NCBI RefSeq assembly: GCF_009914755.1
Contig: NC_060925.1
Direction: 5' to 3' (one strand)
DNA from: the human T2T-CHM13v2.0 reference genome, Homo sapiens
DNA length: 64,000 nt
Every line of letters begins with the position of its first letter. The first letter of the stretch is position 1. Positions 1-14,992 of this stretch are shown one piece after another. Below the pieces are notes generated by a model. The model saw nothing but the letters and a program-made list of their open reading frames with translations, ran no database searches and was not told the origin of the DNA. Made by a program: the position numbers and the translations under genes.

Positions 1-321
1 GGATGGTCCACTGCAGGCAAAACTGACTAATCGGGGGTCAGGGATACAACCCCTGCATCATATGTTTGTTTCTGTTGGGCTGACATGAGGTTCACTGTGA
101 CCACTGTGGTTTAACCCCATAGTCTCCTGGAAATACAGCCAGGTCAAGAGAGCTCCACATAAAACATAATCAAAAAAATAAACTCAAGTTTCCACTGATC
201 AGCTTTTCACAACTCTTATCCTTTCACTAACTTTGGAGCAAGATTTGAGAATTGGATGGCTATTTGAGGGCTATTTCTGCGCTTTAGTTCAATGTTTTGT
301 TCTTTCTTTATTAGAGAACTA

Positions 322-590
322 TGGTTTTTTATTATATTTACACTTTAAGTTCTAGGGTACATGTGCACAACGTGCAGATTTGTTACACAGGTATAAATGT
401 GCCATGTTGGTTTGCTGCACCCATCAACTCGTCATTTACATTAGGTATTTCTCCTAATGCTATCCCTCCCCCAGTCCCCCACCCCCCGACAGGCCCTGGT
501 GTGTGATGTTCCCCTTCCTGTGTCCAAGTGTTCTGTTTATGTGATAGATTACGTTTATTGATTTGTGTATGTTGAACCAGCCTTGCATCA
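322..590 (-). mobile_element. L1PA 3'-end fragment fused to a short ORF2 fragment
   Basis: Antisense L1PA 3'UTR (AAGTTCTAGGGTACATGTGCACAACGTGCAG...), then GTTTATTGATTTGTGTATGTTGAACCAGCCTTGCATC from ORF2. Confidence 0.8.
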
Positions 591-690
591 CAGTCACTTG
601 CTTACAAGAAACAAACACTTCACAGATGGATCATTATGTGTGATAAGTGAAATCCAAGGATTTATGCTCAGAGGTGGGCTTAACAGGTAG

Positions 691-1027
<337 letters not shown>

Positions 1028-1210
1028 ACAGGTTTTTCAAAGACTAAACTTAAAAAAAAAAAAAAAATTTCCCAATGAAATATAAAACTAAAGTGCTAAA
1101 CTGTGATAGACTGTTTTACAAGAATGCCAGTTTTTACAAGTGTCTATAGAACATGTAATTTAGATTGGTAAGATGAAATTTTGATAATATTTGATGGCAA
1201 ATTTAAACAG

Positions 1211-2355
<1,145 letters not shown>

Positions 2356-3574
2356 CAGGAAAAATAAAGAATTGGAAGGTCTTTCATCAGTCACTGAGCC
2401 AGCTTCATATCTGACTGAGGTCATACAGTTCAGTGATTTGTAGCTTTGCTACTTAGATTGCTATCCATTATCTAGAAGCATCAGGATCATGTGGGACCTA
2501 TTGGAAATGCAGACTTTCCTCCTAGAACCCAGGACCTTGGAATATTCTTGGCACATAGTAGGTGCTCAATACATATTGAACTCCTAGGTGCAATTCATTA
2601 ATTCATGAATTAATGAATTAACACGCTCTCAAAGTTTAGTGCTTTTTCACAGACTAGTCTTTCTGCCTCTTAAGCACTCAGCTCACCACGCTTCCAGTCT
2701 CACTCCCCTATTAGTCTGATTAAAATCTGCTTACATGTAAGTCTGAGATCAAGTGTTATCTCTTCTGAGAAGTCTTCCCTCACTGGCCCAAAGGAATTTC
2801 TCCTCTATTTTAGCACTGTCCCAGTTGACTTGTCATTATTCTAGTCTTTTTCATATTAGTTGTTTTTCATATATATGTTATTAAGGAAACTAGTCATTTC
2901 CCCTAATAGAACAAAATTGCTGGCCTTTGGGGTTGGCAATGGAGGGGAGGCTCTTCTTGAAAAGGGGGAAGAGTGTTCTCCTAATATTTTTCTTACGAGA
3001 TTTATGTTGCTCATCTTTAGCCTTTAGTCCCCCATTGCCTGCCTACAGTTGGCAGAGACCATCTGTTCTCTCACTGTCAGGAACTGTCTCAATTCTTGAA
3101 GTTCAGAGTCAAAAAAGAAGCAAGTTTTCCTAGCTCTTTGATCAACTTTCAAAGTTTTACTTCCATTTGAAAATTTACTAAGTCACCAGGAGATGGTTTA
3201 TACTGAGAAATATCCACTCATACTCTTCCTCTTCAACTTTCTTCCATATACACCCTATTACAGGGATATAGTCTTACTCTATAGCTCAAAAGGATGACCC
3301 TATCAGAAACCTGCACAGTATGTAAAACATTCTCACAAGAGGTTCACTTGTGTATTTCCACCCTAGAATGGAAGCTCTACAAAAGCACAGAATGTATCAT
3401 TTTAACTTTAGATTCTATTTTCACACCCAGTGCTTGACACATGATTTGAAGTTAATATTTATTTATCAAGTGATTGTTTTAAAATCATGACTCACTCAAC
3501 AAAGTTATAAGAATAAGAATAGTGTTACAGAATTGGTATACAGAAGCTGACCATAATCAACACACCTATTATCA

Positions 3575-3862
3575 TTTTTTTGCGACAGGTTCTCGCTGTC
3601 TCACCCTGGCTGGAGTGGAGTGGCATGACCACGGTTCACTGCAGGTTTGAACTTCCAGGCTCAAGCAATCCTCCCACCTCAGCCTCCCACATAGCTGAGC
3701 CCACAGGTGTGTGCCACCATGTCCAGCTAACTTTTTAATTCTTTGTAGAGACAGGGTCACCCTATGTTGCCCAAGCTGGTCTTGAACTCCTTGGCTAGAG
3801 AGATCCTCCCTCCAAGGTCCCCCAAAATGCTGGGATCTCAGGCAAGAGCCACCATGCCTGGC
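3575..3862 (-). mobile_element. AluJ
   Basis: Diverged antisense Alu; ATAATCAAYACAC on both flanks. Confidence 0.88.
3589..3706 (+). other. Candidate exonised antisense-Alu non-coding exon (upstream FIRRM transcript)
   Basis: TTTTTTTGCGACAG| acceptor and CAG|GTGTGT donor inside a minus-strand AluJ, the classic Alu-exon positions. Confidence 0.45.
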
Positions 3863-4654
3863 CATAATCAATACACTTTTAAGAATGCTAGAATGTTATA
3901 TCAGATGCATACTTCAGCACTATCTCAAGCAAACTGGGGTGTGGGTTATTCTACATATAAAGTTCAGCAGTGTTGTTCCACAGTCCCAAACTCCAACTGA
4001 GGTCAAATGTAGGGTGCAGCAAGGTCACTGGGGCTGTCATCAAGGGCCTCTCCTTGCACTCTTGCCAACCCTGTTTCTTGATTGTCTCTACCACCATGAG
4101 TCACCAGCAATCTCCCACAGTCACTTGTTTAAAAGTTCACAAGTATTGTGTGAATTGCAGGCAACCCCTTGACTCCCTGATTGCCTGGTCTTCTTCCTTG
4201 GGCTCTACCATTTTTTTTCCCCAGCACTCTTTCTGCTGCTCTAAATTTTAATTCATGCAATTCCATATGTGTTTCTCTATCATTCTTCATCTCTTTCCTC
4301 TCCCTTCCATCCAATTTTGTTTGTCTGTTTGCTTGCTTGCTTGCTTTAATACATTTCTCTTTTTCTGAGAAGGCTTGAGTCCAAAACTCTCAGTTACCTG
4401 TTGTTCTGTTTCCCGTTAGTTAATCTCCGAACCTTCATAAATTAAATCTGACAAAGTCCCTTGACTAACAAAGGAAATGCACAAGTCACAGTAAAAGGGG
4501 CACACACAGAACACAAATAGACCCAGGGTCTTTTCTGTTCATCACTCAGCTTTTTATAGGAGATCCAGGAGAAATGAAGTGGAAAGGGAAGTGTGTTGAG
4601 TTACTATACAACACAAGAGTAAACTTTCTTATAAGTGGTAATTTTTTTTTACAG

Positions 4655-4691
4655 GAATAATTGAAAATGGAAATTACCTTCTCTACTCATA
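4655..4691 (+). other. Candidate 37-nt upstream exon
   Basis: T9-ACAG acceptor and ATA|GTAAGT donor. Confidence 0.45.
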
Positions 4692-4886
4692 GTAAGTACT
4701 CAGTGCGTTCTTGATGGGATGAGAATGTGTTTGAGCTTTAGTGTAAGGCAGAATTCTGTTTAGTCTGCCAGTATTGGAGAAAAATAAAACACAAAGGGAC
4801 TGACATGTAGGAAGTGGCACCTGGGAGGGTCTCAATTCTTCCTATTACAAAAATGCCCCAGAGAAATAAAAAGCTTGTGTACATGT

Positions 4887-5609
4887 TGAGATGGGAGAGT
4901 TCTCTGGCCCCCCTCGCAGGATGTGTGACAGTGGGGTGGCTCTCTGCTGCGCCACCATGAGCTCAAACCCCTCATAGGAGGGGGAGCACACAGGCAGGAA
5001 GGTGCAGGAGCTGGGCGAGCTCTTTGGGCTCTGGCCCCATGGTACTGTCTAGAGGTGGGTGCCTGCAACTCCTGAAAGCCCAAGTAGGCATGTGTTACAG
5101 TGCACTCTTTCAGCTTTGCTGTCTGCAGCTTAAGCGTTAACCAGCTCAGTTTCTTCTTGGTACCCAGGTCCTTGTCTGGCATCCAGGAAGAATCAGGTTA
5201 CACATGGACTTGAAGGATGAATGTGGGAGTTTTATGGAGTGGTGGAGGTGGCTCTCAGTGGGATGGATGGGGAGCTGGAAGGGGGATGGAGTGGGAAGAT
5301 GATATTCTCCTGGAGTTTGGCTGTCCAGCAGCCGATCTCCTCTCCAGTCGTCCCCAGCCTCTCGACGTTCAGATGCTCCTCTTCTCTCCTTCTCTGCCAT
5401 GCTGTTCTGCCGTTCATCTGCCTGTCTCTCTCTGGAGCCTGGAATTTGGGGTTTATATGGTACACAATAAGGGGCATGGCAGGCCAAAAGGGAACTTTTT
5501 AGGTGCATAAAACAGGAATGCCTCTTCTCACTTAGGGCTATAGATTTTCAGGCTTGAAGGTGGGGCCTTTACCAGCGAACCTGTATTTCCCTGTCTCCTG
5601 TGCATATCA
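4887..5609 (-). mobile_element. ERV1 solo LTR (LTR27/LTR28/LTR1 group)
   Basis: TG...CA termini with 4-bp TSD ATGT (4883-4886 and 5610-5613), and a GC-rich LTR body. Confidence 0.75.
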
Positions 5610-6950
5610 ATGTAATCAAATACTGGGCTGATCCAGGATGTTTCTTTAGACCAATTATGGGTAAAATAATTTACATTCAGGTTTTTATATTTGCTTTTGT
5701 CATTTCTTTTTAAGCAATCATGTAAAATATCTATACGACAGTAATAGATGATAGCGAACCTAATTAAAATTACCAGAAACTTAAGAATCTCTAATGATTT
5801 CAACTGTAACTAAGGTTATTTCTCTTTATGTTGAACAATGTTGGGAGATAAGACACAAGAGTTTCTGAAGTATTTCAGAAACACAAAGAGGGAGGTTATA
5901 TAAATAACATTTTTTTCCTACTTTGGGAAAATGAAAGCTAGTCACAAAGTTAAACGAGTGGTTATTTTAATATTTAAAATACAGGCTTGGATGTATTTCC
6001 TGTTAAAGAAAATAAAATGCAGAATATTCAAAACGTCTGACCACCCTTCTAAGAAAATGCATCTCTGAGGTATTTTTCCTTAGAAGTTATTGTAAAAATC
6101 CTGGAGAAGCTTGAACACAGCAAAGCAAACAGGATGCAGAGTTTAATCTGTGGAAAGCTTAGGGAAGAAAAGCAAATCATTAAAAATAGGTCTTCCTCTG
6201 AAGATTTTTAAAACGCAAAGAGGGTGGAATAGCAATGATAATAAAAAAGCTGGCATAGAGAGTGGCACAATTTGCTGTGCCACTGAGCTGACTGGATGTG
6301 TTCTGAATTTCTAGGCATTAGTGTACCTTTCCACACGCATTCTCCCTTTAAAAAAAATGCCCACACACTGAATACTTTTTTCATGCAATTTAAAATAAGC
6401 TCACCATCTAGTTTACAGAAATTCACTAGAAGTTATTTATCCTAAAATAGCAGAGATCTAGAAGAATTTTGAGCTCTAGGACATTTTAGACACACAGAAA
6501 GAAGAATCTGGACAAGTCTTGACCAGACATGACAGAATAGAAATTTCTTTTCCTATTTATCTCTTTGAATAAAATTTTCAGGATCTTACAGTGGACAAGT
6601 TTGTTATCTACACATTGTGAAGCATATTGATTTCTCCTCTGTAGCCTTAGGAAGATCTGAGAGGTGACTGAGCTGATTGAATGATCCGTGACCGCTCTAC
6701 TGGGACCAGTAGTAGAACTTTACTGGTGGAGACCTGCTGGAGGTTTGAGAGCAGACTTTGAAAATTACTAGAGCTACACAGATACTGTGTGGCTAACTGG
6801 ATTATGTTTAGAGGCTTTCAGAACTATGTTGCTGCTGCTACAGTGTAGCCAGGACGCACAGAGAACATCTAAGGCTCTTGAATGGGGCGATAGGGACAGA
6901 TTTCAGCAGCCATCTGACTTCAGTGCTCATTTTGATGCTTTCCCTGCAGG

Positions 6951-6979
6951 GTGCAGTGTGCAGTGTGCAGTGTGCAGTG
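6951..6979. repeat. (GTGCAGT)n 7-bp microtandem, ~4 copies
   Basis: GTGCAGTGTGCAGTGTGCAGTGTGCAGTG seen directly. Confidence 0.9.
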
Positions 6980-7047
6980 GTGGGAGGCTCACACAGGAAT
7001 ACTTGCTTCTGTAGCCCTAATTTCCAGTTCAAACTCTGCATTCACCT

Positions 7048-7489
7048 TGACAGATTCTTTCCTTGGCCAAAATTTAGTTAGGCTTCTGGGCTTTCTCTTA
7101 TGCCCACCTGCAGACTTTTTGGTAAAATCCAGTTTTAGTAAAGAGCTCTGCTAAGTCAGTTTAGCAAGAATCCCCACCTCAAAACTCACTATCTCCCTCC
7201 CTGGTAGTGTCTGGCTTGTCTTCAGCGAGAATTCTATTAGGTTCTGTTAGATTAGAATCCTCCTTACCCTTGATGCTTCCTCTTAGTATTTTTTCATCCA
7301 CTGACTCCTTGACCCACCTTGCTCCTCGGCTATAAATTCCCACTTGCCCATACTCTGCAGTTAAGACTATTTTCTCCCCACTACTGCAAAATCCCATTGC
7401 CATGGTCCCTATACTATCTCAATGGTAATGAATAAAGTCTGCCTTACCATGCTTTAACAAGTAACATTGAACCATTTTTTTCTTTAACA
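7048..7489 (+). mobile_element. MER31-like ERV1 solo LTR
   Basis: TGACAG...CCTTGGCCAAAATTTAG start, TATAAA, AATAAA, ends TCTTTAACA. Confidence 0.7.
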
Positions 7490-7958
7490 ATCTGCTGCAC
7501 AATGAGATTACTAAAACTTTATTCCATTTTGCCATGCTGGATGTCCTCAATGGAATGGCTCTTGTGAGCACCAAATCATTGTGAGAAGGAAAACCCATCT
7601 CTTACAGCCCCCTGTAATGTGATGTATGTTACATGTGATGTATGTTACATAGTTTTTTTTTTATGTTGATCACTTTTTGCCCATTTTCCTATATCTTATC
7701 AGTTGGAAGACTGTGGAAGTTTGTAGTACTAAGCCACAAGATGACTAAGAAGAGTTGAAAGGGCAAGTGGGGCTAAAAACAGATTTTGTTTGACTTACCC
7801 CACCATTCCCCCTATCATGGGGCTGAATCTGCCTGGAGGAAGGAGCATCTTTATCTTTGTACTGTGAACCACACAGTCTAGCAGCAGCACAGCCAAGGCA
7901 CTTGGGGTTTCATGAGACTAAGTACATGCAATTCTATTGTAAAGGCTTAAAATATATA

Positions 7959-8410
7959 CAACTGACCCTTGAACAACATGAATTTGAATTGCATGGTCAG
8001 TTATATGCAGATTTTCTTCCACCTCTGCCACCCCTGAGACAGTAAGATCAATCAATCCTCTTCCTCCTACTCCTCAGTCTACTCAAAGATACTTGAAGTC
8101 TACTTGAAGATGACAAGCACAAAGCCATTTATGATGATCCACTTCCACTTAGTGAATAGTAAATATGTTTTCTCTTCCTCCTAATTTTTTAACACTTTCT
8201 TCTCTCTAGCTTAATTTATTGTTAAGAATACAATCTATAATACATATGACATACAAAATATGTCTTAGTTGACTGTTTATGTTATCTGTAAGGCTTCAGG
8301 TCAAGAGTATGCTATTAGTGGTTAAGTTTTCGAGGAGTCAAAAGGTGTATGTGGACTTTCAACTGCAGGGGGGTGGGCACCCCTGCCCCCATGTTGTTCA
8401 AGGGTCAACT
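7959..8410. mobile_element. Tigger2a (TcMar-Tigger MITE)
   Basis: TIRs CAACTGACCCTTGAACAACA ... TGTTGTTCAAGGGTCAACT. Confidence 0.85.
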
Positions 8411-9953
8411 TTACTGCCAAAGGCAAGCCTTTACATCCACTTTTTCCATCCCATCAGTAAATGGAAAAAGATAGCTACAGTATCCCTGCGTCAAATCTTT
8501 TTTTTTGCAGATCACAAATTGGCCACTCACCTTGCTCTGTGAGGGGTAAAATGCCCCACTTTCTTTAGTAATATTTAAGTTAGATAATATTTAAGTTATA
8601 AAGTTGTTCTTTGTAATCGTTAATTGTAATTTTTACATAGTTTCTTTCAAACAGAAATAGGATTTTTGTTAGATAACCTCCCGTATAGATGATGAAACTC
8701 CTTTTAAGGGCTATCTGAATTTTAATTCCTTGAAAAGGCAGAAATTGGATAGCTAGTAGTCATAAATGTACTGTGGCTTCCCCCAACCATCTGGGCTATA
8801 TAGAAGCTGCATCCTTGGACTGCAGTAGAGGAGTCTTACAAAGCACAGAGCAACTTCTCTCCTGGGTTGCGCTAGTTATGATGGCAATTTTAAATGTGTA
8901 CTTTTACCCAAAGAAAATCCTTATTATCAACAATCACAATGCCATCATAACCATGGTATAAAAAATTCAAAATGTCCCAGCTGAAGTGGAGGCAAAGACT
9001 CAAGTTCATGGAGTCAGAGTTTCCTTGCTATTCCTCTTTTTCAAATGACCATTTAGTAAGCACCTGAAGAAAATACTATGGACGGCATTGAAAAGTGAAG
9101 ATAGGTTTAATCTTCTCGAAAATCTAATTCTCCAGATGAAACGCTGACACTTATCCACCCCACAGACCCTATAGCAGATGTGTCACTGGCCATCACATTT
9201 GACACAGAGAAGTCATAACTCAGTCAGCACAGAGACATTTCCATGAGTTTCTGAACCATGGACAGAACGTCGTCTGTGGGACATGAAAACTGGAACTTAG
9301 AGGACAGGCACATCTGAGAAATGGGCAGTTTAAAGGCAGAACATAGCACATATGTGACTGGGTTTTAGAAGCAAATTTACAAGACGCACTCTTCTTCATC
9401 CTAAATAATCTGCAACCAAAGCTTCCAAAAAAGACAATTTAGGAATGCAGAGGTGAGGAGTAGGGAGGGGAATGGGATGAAAGAGAGTGGAGATTAATGG
9501 TGGGCAGAGCGAGGTTTAGAACTTAGTGGTTTCTTCAGGTTCTGAACTGAAATTTGTATACTGTAAAGGCACAAACACCATTTTTAACAAAAGTGAGCAG
9601 GACTTCCTATCTGGTTCAGAAAATAGGTGAATAAATAGTACGAATTATTAAAAATAATAATTTCCACTTATACATAGGAAACTTGATAGGAACCATGATA
9701 AATGCTTAACTCTTAATCTTCAAGGAACTCTGCTAGGGATATAATATTATAAATCTTGTTTTGCAGATGGAGAAATTGAATTTTAACCCAAGTTATCATA
9801 ACCCTTAAATGATTAAATGATACTGTTACATGAGAAAGCTGCGTATCTGTTTCCTGGATTTGTAGCCATAATTTGTGTCTCAAGTCCCTTTTGCTGCCAG
9901 CTATCTTGGGTAGGTGTGTTCCCTTTGGGCTGTTTGATACCCCCACATTTATC

Positions 9954-10263
9954 TTTTTTTTTTCTCTTTTTTTGTTGAGAGAGTCTTTCCCTGTTGCCTA
10001 GGCTGGAAGGCAATGGCGCGATCTCGGCTCACTGCAACCTCCGCCTCCTGGGTTCAAGTGCTTCTCACGATTCTCTTGTCCCAGCCTCTCTAATAGCTCG
10101 GATTACTGGCATGCACCACCACGCCCACCTAATTTTGTATTTTTAGTAGACAAGGGGTTTCTCCATGTTGGTCAGGGTGGTCTCAAACTCCTGACCTCAG
10201 GTGATCTGCCTGCCTTGGCCTCCCAAAGTGCTGGGATTACAGGTGTGAGCCACCATGCCTGGC
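9954..10263 (-). mobile_element. AluS
   Basis: Antisense Alu; TSD CCCCA(C/A)ATTTATCTT. Confidence 0.92.
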
Positions 10264-10637
10264 CCCAAATTTATCTTTAATGCCCCAAATTATCTAGTTC
10301 CCATGACTGGGCTTCTGCTTTGATCCTTTCTGCACTTGCTGGACCCTCTCCCTGGGAAATGAGATTGTGTCCTGAGCCCCTAGTTAGAGGCTATGTCTCT
10401 GCTGTTCCTGAATGGGCCTCCTGGATGAGACCTCATTAAAAGTCTAATTCTCTTGGAGAATTGAGAGATACCTATTTGTCTCAAAATCATTGAAACCAAT
10501 TAATGTATTATGAGCCTCTATCCAGTGATTTGTACCTCAATTCCCCAATCCAGCTGTCAAGGCCAATTTGTTCTACCTTACCTAGTAGGTAAGTCTGGAA
10601 TTGTAGCTGTGGCATTTTCAGTAATGGTACTCTAGGT

Positions 10638-10976
10638 TAGCAGTCCCCAACCTTTTTGGCACCAGGGACCAGTTTTGTGGAAGACAATTTTTCCATGAAG
10701 GGCTGGGCAGGGGAGTGGTTTCAGGATGAAACTGTTCCACCTCAGATCATCAGGCATTAGATTCTCACAAGGAGTGCGCAAGCTAGATCCCTCACACATG
10801 CAGTTCACAATAGGGTGTGCACTCCCATGAGAATCTAACACCGCTGCTGATCTGACAGGAGACAGAGCTCAGGCAGTAATACTCATTTGCCTACCGCTCA
10901 CCTCCTGCCGTGCAGCTCAGTTCCTAACAGGCCACGGACCAGTACTGGTCCACGGCGCAGGCATCAGGGACCCCTG
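10638..10976. mobile_element. MER1B (hAT-Charlie MITE)
   Basis: CAGTCCCCAACCTTTTTGGCACCAGGGACC ... GGGACCCCTG. Confidence 0.85.
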
Positions 10977-12322
10977 TTGCTAGGTATAAGCATCTGGCTG
11001 CTGCATGTCTTCTGTGTAGCTACATCTGTATGTGTATCTGATGAGATATAAATTATTTGATTATAAATTACTTTCTTCATATTAGAGTTGTGAATGAGTA
11101 TCACATATAATTATATATAAACTAGGAATATGCTTTTTAATAATGTATATAAGTAAGTTTCCTTAACTATGACTTTCATCTTAGCGTAGTAAGAGGGTGC
11201 TAAGAAATATTTGTGATGAAAATAGGCATTGGTAGAGTTGAGACCACTGGGTGATGAAAGAGTGTAAAGATTTTAAAGCCTTCAGATGCTGGTTCAAGGT
11301 GAGAAATGTGATTGGGAGCAAATCAATTAACTTCTTGAAGTCTTATAGGGCAGTTATGAATACTTAATGTTAACATATGTAAAGCTCTTCTGCCCTGTAT
11401 ACAGTAAATGCTAGTTAGCTATTATGATCACTACTAAAATGGGGATGACATAAACCTCATAAGGTTTTAAGTATTATGCAAGATACTATACAAAGTCCAG
11501 TAAATATCACATTCAATTGAATCCATGATGTCCGATTATTTTAGCTACTTCCAAGAGAGAAAAAAATGCTGTCAGTTTTACTGTTCTTATAGAGAGCAAG
11601 GCAGATCCCAATTCCCAATGTGGTAACGTGAAAATTTTTGCATTTGAATCAACAAAACACTTTCTCCTTTCTTTCCTACTATTTAACAACTGGTAAGTCT
11701 ATACTCCCCCAAATCTGGAATTCTCCTTTCTTATTCTTTTTCCTTCTACCAAGACCGCAGGATCTTTTACTTGGCTATAAGGGGTAAACCTCAAGTAGTA
11801 CAAGTTCTCTGTATTACTTTTATACTCTGTCACAGATTCCCTTTGTTTCCTCATCTCCATGTGAATTTAGTTAAATTCTCAGCATTCTGATCCTTACTAT
11901 ACAAGGTAAATGAATATAAAAACAAAACGAAACAAAAACCTCTTCCTATTTACATAAGGCCCCAACCTAATATTTAGTGATATATATTAATGTGAACAAG
12001 GAACTAACGAAGACTGGGAAGAAATTCACAGACTTGAGAGAAGAAATGGCAGGATTTCCTGGGAACAATTTCATGTAACGTCAAAGGTGGTAAAAGGTCA
12101 AATAGAATGAAGATGGAGAATACCGGATTTTCTTACAAAATGATTTCCCAGGAGATCTCATCAAATGCACGAGGATACCTTCTCAGTTTCACCTAGTGAG
12201 TAAAAGACTGGTAACATAGCTCACTTACAATTTGGATAAACAAAACTAAACAAACAACATCAAAATTTCAGAAAAAATAATAGCAAAACAGAAATCAAAC
12301 ACTCAAATTTTTGGTCCTTCTG

Positions 12323-12328
12323 TTTATT
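12323..12328 (-). terminator. METTL18 polyadenylation signal AATAAA
   Basis: Plus-strand TTTATT 27 nt past the stop. It is followed on the minus strand by a U/GU-rich downstream element (plus-strand A/CA-rich 12240-12300). Confidence 0.85.
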
Positions 12329-12355
12329 TCATTTTGGATACTCAGTGAATGTTAA

Positions 12356-13498
<1,143 letters not shown>

Positions 13499-14648
13499 TT
13501 AAATTCAGATTCTTCAACTTCTGGATAGAATTTGATGATACACACAAATCTGCCTCAATTATTCAATTAGTTTTGTTGGGCCCAATTTCTCTTTAGCAGC
13601 TTATACATGGTAACAAATATTTAGAGATATTTCCAAATGACTTTTTAGACGTCTTTGGTCCTCTTTCCAAGCAGCTCTGGAAAGAAAAAAAAAAAAAAAA
13701 GAAAGAAAATGATGATTAAAGCAAAATGGCACATTTCACTAAAGTGTAATATTAAACAGCCACCCCCACCCCTCCCCGTCCCACCATACAGCTGCTTTTT
13801 CTTAAAAAGTTGTGGGGAAGAGAGAGAGATAAGAGATTTGGACACTCATACACACCTTAAGGGTTCAAAAGTGGGAGAAGAAAATCAACTATAAAAACAA
13901 ACAGAAGAACAACAGCAACCACCACCACTACCACCTGGACAAACATAAAGTCCAAGATATTCAGACAGGACAGCCTAGCTACTTGCTGTCTTTCAGCTGT
14001 CTTGATTTGTGTCCAACCATATTCACCCCCTAAGCTTCCAGAATAACTTCACTTCTGTCTTTTACAGAAGAGGTGCAGTATTTTATTTTGGTAAGTCAGC
14101 GTCCCTTTAAAAACATGCATAGGTATGGCCTGGTGTGTGTAAATTCATCCAAGACTTCACTCCAAACATTTAGTCGAGAACAGCAGCCCTAAGTGTATAG
14201 AAGTGGGGGTAATTTGGCAATAATTAGTAAAGACTAATTCGGTGGCAGAGCAAACGCAAACTAGGGCACTGCAGTAGTTTGGAGAGACCTGTAGAAATAA
14301 GAAGCAACTTTATTGAGAATCTTCTATCTACTGCGCTAGACACTATACCATCTGCCTCAATTTTCACAGTTCTGGCAAGTGGGATCTTTGTTCCCTTTAT
14401 ACAAGATTTACAATTTGGGGGAGAGGCGGGTCACCCAGTCCCGCGGCTAGGAACGCGCCTCTTTCCTCTCCCATCACGCTGCAAGGCTTGGAGTCACTTC
14501 CGGCTGCAGGTCCCGGAACAAATCCGACCCCAGAAGTGGGGACTTCTGGCCCTCACCTCCCCATTTGAATGTAATGTTTACAGTGATCCAGACCTGGGGA
14601 TGCTTGCTTCCCGACGTGTCCTGGGATCGCGCTTCTGAAAAAGCTCAC

Positions 14649-14740
14649 CTCACAACGCCTCCTCCGGACCTAAATCGCGCACCAGTGAGTCGAGTCCTCC
14701 AGGGGCTAGAGAAGCCCGACTTTCTTTCCGGCCTTGAGGG
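14649..14740 (-). other. METTL18: METTL18 non-coding first exon (5' end approximate)
   Basis: Consensus minus-strand donor GAG|GTGAGC with the intron starting at 14648, inside the CpG island. Alternative donors lie at 14556 and 14752. Confidence 0.55.
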
Positions 14741-14881
14741 ACCCGGGCTCACCAAGAAACCAGCCGCCCTCCTCTCTATGGTTTTGGAGCCGGCGGAGAG
14801 CGCGCAAGGGTTGGCGGGACTGCGAGTTTCCGGTCTGGGCTTTGGCGGGTCTGGTTTGAAGCTCTCCTGTTTGACGAAAGT

Positions 14882-14992
14882 ATGTCTCAGGAAGGTGCGG
14901 TCCCAGCTAGCGCGGTTCCCCTGGAAGAATTAAGTAGCTGGCCAGAGGAGCTATGCCGCCGGGAACTGCCGTCCGTCCTGCCCCGACTCCTC
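14882..14992 (+). CDS. FIRRM: FIRRM/C1orf112 exon 1 coding part (long, U12-spliced isoform): MSQEGAVPASAVPLEELSSWPEELCRRELPSVLPRLL
   Basis: ATG with A at -3, then 37 codons ending exactly at the U12 donor ATATCCTT (14993). In frame with all downstream exons. Confidence 0.85.

Noticed and set aside
4832-5510. Cluster of overlapping 80-120 aa ORFs
   Set aside because: They lie within a GC-rich solo LTR and show no protein-like signal.
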